The translations under genes and the position numbers were made by a program. The notes beneath the pieces were generated by a model. It did not search any database. It was not told the origin of the DNA and saw nothing but the letters and a program-made list of their open reading frames with translations. Shown one piece after another: positions 57,287 through 64,000 of a DNA stretch of 64,000 nt (position 1 is its first letter; the number at the start of each line of letters is the position of its first letter). The stretch comes from an uncultured bacterium (lineage in GTDB: Bacteria; Patescibacteriota; JACMRA01): NCBI GenBank assembly GCA_963704645.1, contig OY969926.1:864001-928000 (forward strand), read 5' to 3'.

Positions 57287-58996
57287 CTACCCCTGTTTCC
57301 ATTTTAAATAATAATCTTGTAATTCTGGGTTTTGGAAGAAAATTATGGTATTGTTATCTATAAAACTGGAAATGGATTCTAACCATAGTTGTGATGTTTG
57401 CTGGCTTTGTTTAATATTTTCTGTAATTAATTCTAGTTCATTTTGATTTCGTATAATATATTCCTCTATATTATTGTCTATTAAATCTTCTGGTAGCACT
57501 ACTTTTAGCAATTTATAAAGTACATCCAATTTATTTTCAGTGTAATTATTTAAATACAGGGCAATTAAATTCTGCCATGAAACAAGTATTCTTTGGTATT
57601 TTTCAGTCTTAGATTTGTTAACAAAACTAGAAATTTCAGGAACAGCTTCTTCCTCAGGAAAATTATTATTGGAAATACTTTTGGTTATCTTTTCTAGCTG
57701 GGAAGACAACGAAGCTACAGAAAGCTTTGTAATGTTGCTAAGTTTAATTAAATATTGTTCCTTACTAATATCGTCTAAACTTGAGGCTAGGTCTAAAATA
57801 TACAATATTGTTTGCTTTTGAATTTCTGCGTGCTTGCTTAATAAATTGGCTGATTGAGCACTTAGAATATAGTCTAAATAGAGTTTGGTTTCTAAATTAA
57901 TATTAGCAGCTGGCACTCCAGCAAATTCAGATTTTAAATATTCGTCTAAATCTTTGTAATTTTGAGGAATTATTACTTTTTGAACAGACAAATTATTCTG
58001 ACTGGCTAATTTGAAAAACTTATCTGAGCTTAATTTTCCAGCTTCATCGTTATCGAAGGCTAACCAAACAGTTTTGGTTATTGTAGAAAGCATTTTTACC
58101 TGAGCTGGTGTAAAAGAGGTTCCCTGAGAAGCCATTGTGTATTGCAAACCAGCTTGAAAACTTGCTACTACATCCATGTTTCCTTCAACAACAATAGCTT
58201 TCTTTTCTTGCAAAATGTGGGTTCTGGCCAAATGCCAACCGTACCAAATTTGGCTTTTATTAAACCAATTGTTTTGTGGAGAGTTTAAATATTTAGGTCT
58301 TTCAACTTTATCTGGCGGAATTGATCTACCTGTAAAACCAATCACCCTACCCGTTTTATCCCAAATTGGAAGCATTAAACGGTCTGTAAATTTGTCTTTA
58401 ATATTTTTAGCATCTGTTTTAACATCTGCTGTTTCTACTTCTTTTAATAGCCCAATATCTAATAATATTTGATTATCTAGTCCGTGTTTCTGCCCTAATT
58501 TTAACAAAAAATTATTTGTAGGTGCATAGCCTATTTGAAATTGGTTAATAATTTCCATAGTCAGTCCACGGGATAAACAATATTGGGTAATTCTGTTATC
58601 TTTGTCTTGCAAAAGCTTAAGCAAAATTTTATGATAAGTGGTTGCTCCAAATTCTAAATATTTAAAACCTTGTTCTTGTTGGTTAATTTGTTGCGGCGAA
58701 ATTTGCTTACGCTCTATTTTTTCTAGTTCTACACCTGCTTTTTTGGCTAAAATTTGAAGTGCTTCAGACTTAGTAATATGCTCGAACTCTTCCACAAATT
58801 TAAAAATATCTCCACCAACCCCACAGCCGAAACAATGCCAAATTCCTTTTTGCGGACTAATAATTAATGACGGGCTTTTTTCTTTATGAAACGGACAAAC
58901 ACAGCGGTAATTACCACCATTACTTTGTATAGGTATGTAAGCCGAAATAACCTCGTCTACGCTTAGCCTATTTTTAACATTTTCCCAGATGTTCAC
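57287..58996 (-). CDS. dnaG: DNA primase
   Basis: CPFHKEKSPS..CFGC, KYLNSP, VEGNMD, FDNDEAG and KDLDE motifs. Confidence 0.97.
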   Translation of the reverse strand: MNIWENVKNRLSVDEVISAYIPIQSNGGNYRCVCPFHKEKSPSLIISPQKGIWHCFGCGVGGDIFKFVEEFEHITKSEALQILAKKAGVELEKIERKQISPQQINQQEQGFKYLEFGATTYHKILLKLLQDKDNRITQYCLSRGLTMEIINQFQIGYAPTNNFLLKLGQKHGLDNQILLDIGLLKEVETADVKTDAKNIKDKFTDRLMLPIWDKTGRVIGFTGRSIPPDKVERPKYLNSPQNNWFNKSQIWYGWHLARTHILQEKKAIVVEGNMDVVASFQAGLQYTMASQGTSFTPAQVKMLSTITKTVWLAFDNDEAGKLSSDKFFKLASQNNLSVQKVIIPQNYKDLDEYLKSEFAGVPAANINLETKLYLDYILSAQSANLLSKHAEIQKQTILYILDLASSLDDISKEQYLIKLSNITKLSVASLSSQLEKITKSISNNNFPEEEAVPEISSFVNKSKTEKYQRILVSWQNLIALYLNNYTENKLDVLYKLLKVVLPEDLIDNNIEEYIIRNQNELELITENIKQSQQTSQLWLESISSFIDNNTIIFFQNPELQDYYLKWKQG

Positions 58997-59051
58997 AATT
59001 AAATAGAGCTTGAAACAAGCTAAATGTCAATATTTTGCCAATCTTAATTTG

Positions 59052-60131
59052 ATGGGTTACACTGTAAACAACATGATAAAGTTTGAAGGAATTAAATTTA
59101 GGCTTACAGCTTTAGCACTAATTATAACCAGTTTGTTTAATTGGTCTGTTTCTGTGTCTGCCCAAACTGCTAGCCAGCTAAGCTCTTTAGCCATACCTGC
59201 AACTGGTGGTAACAACCCCACAACCAATATTAATGAGCTTGAACTTAGAGACAGCTTGTTAGAGCTAGGCGGCAAATTTTTGCTATATTTCGCCTTGGTT
59301 TTTAGCTATTGGCTAATTTTAAAACTAATTAATTGGGCAGTTAATAAAACTATAAAAAGTGTAGTTGTAGTTAAATTAATAAAAGTACTTACTACTTCCA
59401 TATTTATTATTTCGGCTTTGGTTACAATTTTATTTGCTTTCGTAGGAAACTTAACCTTTCTAATTACCTCTTTTGGTGTTCTTTCTGCAGCTTTGGTTGT
59501 GGCTTTACAAGATTTTGTATCGTCTTTTTTTGCTTGGATGATGATAAAAATTAAGCAGCAATATAAGGTTGGCGATATTATAGAATTGAATAGTTCCAAA
59601 GGAGCTTTTACTGGAAGAGTAATAGAAATTGGTATTTTTAGAACAACTTTAAAAGAGAAAATTGGTGGAGAAGATATTGATAAAGAATTTTACACCGGGA
59701 AAATTAACTCTTTCCCCAACAACTTAATTTTAAAAGAGGGTGTTGTTAACCATACCTTAGACAACAAAATTTTGTGGAACGCCATAGATATAACAGTTAC
59801 TTTTGAATCTGATTACGAAAAAGCCAAAATAATTTTAGAAGAAATTGCCAACAAACAATTTTTATACGCCCTGGACCATAAAGACACCATGCTGGACGAT
59901 GTTTTTAATTTGAAAACACTGTACAAACCAAAAATTTACATGAGCATCGGGCTGGACGGAGTTGAATTTACAATATGGTTTGCCACCAGAATTGGCCAAT
60001 ACCGTGACAGTTTAGAAGAATATTCCAGACAAATTATGCATAAATTTAAAGCTGCAGATGTTCACCTGGCTTACAAAACCCACAGGGTTATATCTTCCCC
60101 AATGCACCAGCCTGTAGCCAGTGGCGGGTAA
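59052..60131 (+). CDS. Small-conductance mechanosensitive channel (MscS family)
   Basis: ALQD, YKVGDII, GRVIEIGIFRT and PNN motifs; start uncertain (59052 or 59073). Confidence 0.88.
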   Translation: MGYTVNNMIKFEGIKFRLTALALIITSLFNWSVSVSAQTASQLSSLAIPATGGNNPTTNINELELRDSLLELGGKFLLYFALVFSYWLILKLINWAVNKTIKSVVVVKLIKVLTTSIFIISALVTILFAFVGNLTFLITSFGVLSAALVVALQDFVSSFFAWMMIKIKQQYKVGDIIELNSSKGAFTGRVIEIGIFRTTLKEKIGGEDIDKEFYTGKINSFPNNLILKEGVVNHTLDNKILWNAIDITVTFESDYEKAKIILEEIANKQFLYALDHKDTMLDDVFNLKTLYKPKIYMSIGLDGVEFTIWFATRIGQYRDSLEEYSRQIMHKFKAADVHLAYKTHRVISSPMHQPVASGG

Positions 60132-60162
60132 ATTACCCAAAATAAATCTGTTCAGTTGAACT

Positions 60163-60186
60163 GTAGAGGCGAAGCTTGCGAGCAAA
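60163..60186 (+). repeat. REP-like family B copy
   Basis: GTAGAGGCGAAGCTTGCGAGC. Confidence 0.75.
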
Positions 60187-60320
60187 AGTCTTTGAAATTC
60201 AATTAGTGCAAACATCAGGCAGGCATTTTTTCCGCAAATTGAATTGTTGACCCAACCAAAATTTTGTGCTATAAATAAAGAATTCTGTACCTTTATACAA
60301 ACAGAATTTTGGAGGAAATT

Positions 60321-60731
60321 TTGAGTACTTTAGTCTTTAACCCGCAAAAAAATGATGAGCTGGAGAATGTTGAAGAAGATGAAATGGGCATCTCGATAAA
60401 AATAAGCAAATTCGCTATTCAGGATTTCACAGACTCAAAAGTTGCTAAATATATAACTCCTGATGACGAAACTATTTCTGATTTAATTTACCAAAATCTT
60501 ACTGAAGATGAGGTAAAATTTGTTGTTGTTCCATTTGCCACTGAACCTTGTGAAATAATAGCAATTATGGAGGCTTGGCCCAGCATCAGAATTCTAAGTT
60601 TCTCACATCCATCTACTGTTAGATATGAAAATTTGCTCTACGAAGTAAGAGGTGAAGGGTACTCATTTCTTCAAGAATGGCTACCAAACACAATTACTGG
60701 CGGAGTTAAACTTTCTAGTTTCATCCCTTAA
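60321..60731 (+). CDS. ORFan cassette protein (acidic)
   Basis: TTGACC promoter at 60247, GGAGG SD before TTG 60321, terminator at 60741-60784. Confidence 0.7.
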   Translation: MSTLVFNPQKNDELENVEEDEMGISIKISKFAIQDFTDSKVAKYITPDDETISDLIYQNLTEDEVKFVVVPFATEPCEIIAIMEAWPSIRILSFSHPSTVRYENLLYEVRGEGYSFLQEWLPNTITGGVKLSSFIP

Positions 60732-60902
60732 AAAAATAGTAATAACTACTCAAAGCAAATCTCGCTGGGGTAATTATTTTTTTTGGGGAATTAAGACTTA
60801 TTAAACTTCCCAACCCGCCAGCTCCTAAGCTGGTTTTTAATAACATAAATAAATGGTTTATTTAGTATTAAGACATGTTTGGAGTAATCCACTAGCAGCC
60901 GC

Positions 60903-62717
60903 CTAACTAGGCGGTATGTTTTTTTCCTTATTATTTAAAACTACCTGACACAATAACAAAATTATATGAAATAGCATATTTGATGCCTTATAATTAAAAA
61001 ATTGTTCTTTATTTATCCCATGTGCAAAATCATTTCTTAAATTAAAGCCAAAATTTTCAGTTAAAACTAACTTAAAGTAAAATGATGCTTCATTATCTAC
61101 AATTGCAAAAACGTAATCTATAATCTTATCGTATTCCTCTAGCAAGACACTCAAAGATTTAACTTGATACCCTCCATTTTTAGAAATAAAAGATAAATAG
61201 TGACCGCCATTTAATTTCACAAGTTTTCGAATTCCAGTTTCAATGATTGGTATAAAGAGATGAGAAGAAACTATAAAATCATTTTCCCAAAAAGCCCTTA
61301 TAGCTCTATTTAAATACTCAATATTTTCTTTTTCAAAAAGTACTGTAGATCTAATTATATTAACCAGCTCTTGCGCTGTAAAATGTTTTTTGAATCTAAT
61401 AATTGCCATTTCTAAGAAAAATGATCTGACACTCAAATCTTGAGACGAATTTTTAACAAAATGATGTTTTTTTGACTTTTCATTATCTATGCCTAGTATA
61501 GTACCACTTATAAATCCCTCATCTGAAATTATTTGAGTTGGAAACATAAACAACAGGGAGTGTTTTGCAACGATATCATTAAATTGTTTTTCTAATTCCT
61601 CTTTTTTTGGCATAAAATTAATGGCCAACTTCATAATCACCAGTTTTAACTTTTCTTCTTCAGCAACACCCTCCGTATTAAAAAGTGAATTTAAAAAATT
61701 CTCTATATCTTTAGTTGGGATTTCTAATTTTGTTTCAATTTTCTGCATGCTGTTACTCCAATCTAAATCTAAATTATTAATTTCTTTTGTTATCCTATCT
61801 ACATCATGCTTGAACACACTAAAACCTTTGTCTTGATATAATTTATAAATTTCCCTTATCTTATCATAAGAATTGTTTTGTAATATTGGTTCAGAACTTA
61901 ATCTTTTATCTAGTTTATATGAATCCTCCAAAGTTTTTAGAACCCTTGTTAAATTTATCTCATCTTTAATACTTGCATAAAACTCCGCAAGTAAACCTAC
62001 AGCATGTTGAGTTAGATGTGGATCCACACTTATTCTTTGAAGTCTTAACTCTAAATTTTCAATTATTTTGATTTTAATTGCCTTATCTAAAACTAAAGTA
62101 TTGTTTTTTTCCAAAATCAGCCAATCGAAAGCAAAACCCCATAATCCTGGCAAGCCATCTTCTCCTATTTTTTCTTCTAGGACAATAATCTTATTAATTA
62201 TATTGGTTAGATCTATTTTTTTGTTATCTTTAAAACTTAATGCTAAATCTAAGCACCTTTTTATTTTTGTTTTACAATGGATCTGATCTAATAATAACTT
62301 ATCGCATATTTCTAAATTTGAGTTTATTACTGTTAAAATTAGATCAATAATGTTTTCTGGATTTCTTCCTGTTATTTTTTTATAAAAATCTATTACCAAA
62401 TCAGCATATCGTGCAGATAGAACTGGATTCTTCACTTCTTGTGATCTTTGTCTCCAGTAATTAAGTGTTTCTAATGTTATTTTTTGAATACTTGGGTATT
62501 GCCCATAATAACAGCCCCAGCCCGTTTCTTTATTACTATAATTTTCTATAAATTCAAATGCTATCTGCTCATACATCTCTTCCGAAGTCGGTTCGTAATC
62601 ATTTAAGTTTTTTAGTATTCTATTAATATTACTTGATATTTGATACTCCGCTAGAAATTCATTATTACTTTGAGAGCCTAAATCATTAAGAAATTCAGAC
62701 AAATTTTCATGAATCAT
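60903..62717 (-). CDS. DUF4209-like protein with C-terminal HEPN-type RxxxxH motif
   Basis: ARYAD, GLWG, IETGIRKL and GFNLRNDFAHG motifs. Confidence 0.75.
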   Translation of the reverse strand: MIHENLSEFLNDLGSQSNNEFLAEYQISSNINRILKNLNDYEPTSEEMYEQIAFEFIENYSNKETGWGCYYGQYPSIQKITLETLNYWRQRSQEVKNPVLSARYADLVIDFYKKITGRNPENIIDLILTVINSNLEICDKLLLDQIHCKTKIKRCLDLALSFKDNKKIDLTNIINKIIVLEEKIGEDGLPGLWGFAFDWLILEKNNTLVLDKAIKIKIIENLELRLQRISVDPHLTQHAVGLLAEFYASIKDEINLTRVLKTLEDSYKLDKRLSSEPILQNNSYDKIREIYKLYQDKGFSVFKHDVDRITKEINNLDLDWSNSMQKIETKLEIPTKDIENFLNSLFNTEGVAEEEKLKLVIMKLAINFMPKKEELEKQFNDIVAKHSLLFMFPTQIISDEGFISGTILGIDNEKSKKHHFVKNSSQDLSVRSFFLEMAIIRFKKHFTAQELVNIIRSTVLFEKENIEYLNRAIRAFWENDFIVSSHLFIPIIETGIRKLVKLNGGHYLSFISKNGGYQVKSLSVLLEEYDKIIDYVFAIVDNEASFYFKLVLTENFGFNLRNDFAHGINKEQFFNYKASNMLFHIILLLCQVVLNNKEKNIPPS

Positions 62718-62722
62718 AATAT

Positions 62723-62998
62723 CTATTTGTTTTCCCTTACGTTATCCTCAAAATTCCATTTTATAATAAAATTTGAAGTTGCACCATTGTTCATATTTAC
62801 TTCAAAAACAGCTAATTTATCATCAGAATCAATAAAATTTTCTAAATGATTAGCTACTTCAAACGGAGTTAAATTCGTATTTATAAGCCAGCTCGAACTT
62901 AGAAGTTTTGTAGGTGTAAGTTTCTCTATTTCTTGAATTAATCTTGTATAATCTTTGGTTTTAATTAGGTCGTATTCGACCATTAATGTTTTGTTCAT
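62723..62998 (-). CDS. Small Cas2/VapD-like ferredoxin-fold protein
   Basis: LMVEYDL...DY..L, SSWLI and IDSDDKL.V motifs. Confidence 0.65.
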   Translation of the reverse strand: MNKTLMVEYDLIKTKDYTRLIQEIEKLTPTKLLSSSWLINTNLTPFEVANHLENFIDSDDKLAVFEVNMNNGATSNFIIKWNFEDNVRENK

Positions 62999-63124
62999 AA
63001 TGAATTATTTGATTTTTGTTTAGAATTGGACTAAACTCTTTTAATTAAATGAACCAAAATTAATTTGTCAAGTCATTTATGCTATATTATATAATAAATA
63101 ATAGTATTAAAACTTTATATTATT

Positions 63125-63763
63125 CTATTTAAGGATAAAATCGTCACTTATATCTTCTTGGGTTAACGCACTTAATTTAATCAGACCTTTTTCAAAACTA
63201 AGTAAATCTTTAAGTTGTGAATTTGAATATTTTACTTTATCATTAAGAACAGAATCTATAATCTCCATGTCTGATCTAGAAACATCAGCAAAATATAACT
63301 CATCAGTTGAAATTGGTGCTAGACCAAAAGACTTAAATTTATTAAAAACTTCGATATGAATTGGGCCAAACTCAGAAATCTTAAAGTCGTTACTAAACAA
63401 TTGTTTTTTATTTTTAAGACCTTCTTTGTATACAAAATATAAAATACGGTTTAGTTTTAAGTTACTAATATCAAACTCATTATTCAAAATTTGCTTGCTT
63501 TTATCTAGAATATAGTTTGCTACTTGAAAAGTTTTATCAGATTTTTGATCAACTAGTTTAATTGTAATGTTTAGTGTCTTAAATAATCTTTCCATTGTAC
63601 TAGCCGAAGGTGACATCTCGCCCTTTTCAAGCCTTGCAACAGTTGACTGTGGTACATTCATTTTGGCCGCCAGTTCATACTGAGACATTCCTAAAGATTC
63701 TCTTTTTTGCTTTACTGTATCTGAAATTAGTTTAACCAATGCCGTTGTGTTTGTGTTATCCAT
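63125..63763 (-). CDS. XRE HTH fused to a Panacea (DUF4065/SocA) antitoxin domain
   Basis: RESLGMSQYELA..VARLEKG, then VANYIL..ISNLKLNRILYF..LF...FGP; likely start ATG 63763. Confidence 0.8.
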   Translation of the reverse strand: MDNTNTTALVKLISDTVKQKRESLGMSQYELAAKMNVPQSTVARLEKGEMSPSASTMERLFKTLNITIKLVDQKSDKTFQVANYILDKSKQILNNEFDISNLKLNRILYFVYKEGLKNKKQLFSNDFKISEFGPIHIEVFNKFKSFGLAPISTDELYFADVSRSDMEIIDSVLNDKVKYSNSQLKDLLSFEKGLIKLSALTQEDISDDFILK

Positions 63764-63937
63764 ATTTCCTAAAATTAATTTACTTGTTAAACGTTGCACC
63801 AATTTTCTTTAAAGTCAATGAATATACTTAATTAAATAAGAATTAAATATTTTTACGTATTCGTAAATTCTAATGTCCAAACTCCTGACCCACCCACCCT
63901 ATTGACAAAGCAAACCCATAAAAGAAGGCTGAATACA

Positions 63938-64000
63938 ATGACTAACAAAAAAATTACTAAACTTAAATTGAATCAAGCCAGGCAATGGCCTAGTTGGTTT
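63938..64000 (+). CDS. Start of an ORF running off the window (MTNKKITKLKL...)
   Basis: ATG 36 nt after TTGACA (63902), matching the window-wide pattern. Confidence 0.5.
   Translation, partial: MTNKKITKLKLNQARQWPSWF

Noticed and set aside
1-64000. Alternative genetic code (TGA recoding), DGR or retron
   Set aside because: Conserved genes translate full-length in code 11, TGA acts as a stop, and no reverse transcriptase or TR/VR pair was seen.

Overview
AT-rich bacterial chromosome segment in the standard genetic code. Gene content and organisation suggest a Patescibacteria/CPR-type genome (inference). Housekeeping genes (wecA/mraY-like, cobW, dps, trhO, gapA, xer, pepA, femX-like, uvrA, murF, gmk, murB, dnaG, mscS, tRNA-Cys) are mostly preceded by a TTGAC[A/C/T] box 34-39 nt upstream of the start codon and lack a Shine-Dalgarno. 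They are interleaved with about 15 small ORFan 'expression cassettes', each with its own promoter, hairpin leader, SD and terminator. These flanks are shared between apparently unrelated cargo ORFs, both in a tandem array at 42.2-45.2 kb and between loci 44 kb apart. A 28-bp symmetric dif-like site lies inside the N-terminal gene of a split priA (50113-50140). KOPS-like octamers flip polarity across it, and a matching half-site lies in the xer promoter, so the window probably spans the replication terminus. Also present: an IS481-like element with terminal inverted repeats and a 5-bp target duplication; two REP-like repeat families; a structured RNA upstream of gapA; a defence/TA island at 34.6-42.1 kb (RelE-type TA, AAA-ATPase/RloB, MazG-DUF2075-RadC, Doc module); an HTH-Panacea/Cas2-like/DUF4209(HEPN) cluster; and several truncated or frameshifted genes. 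No CRISPR array was seen. All family assignments come from motif recognition by eye, not database searches.
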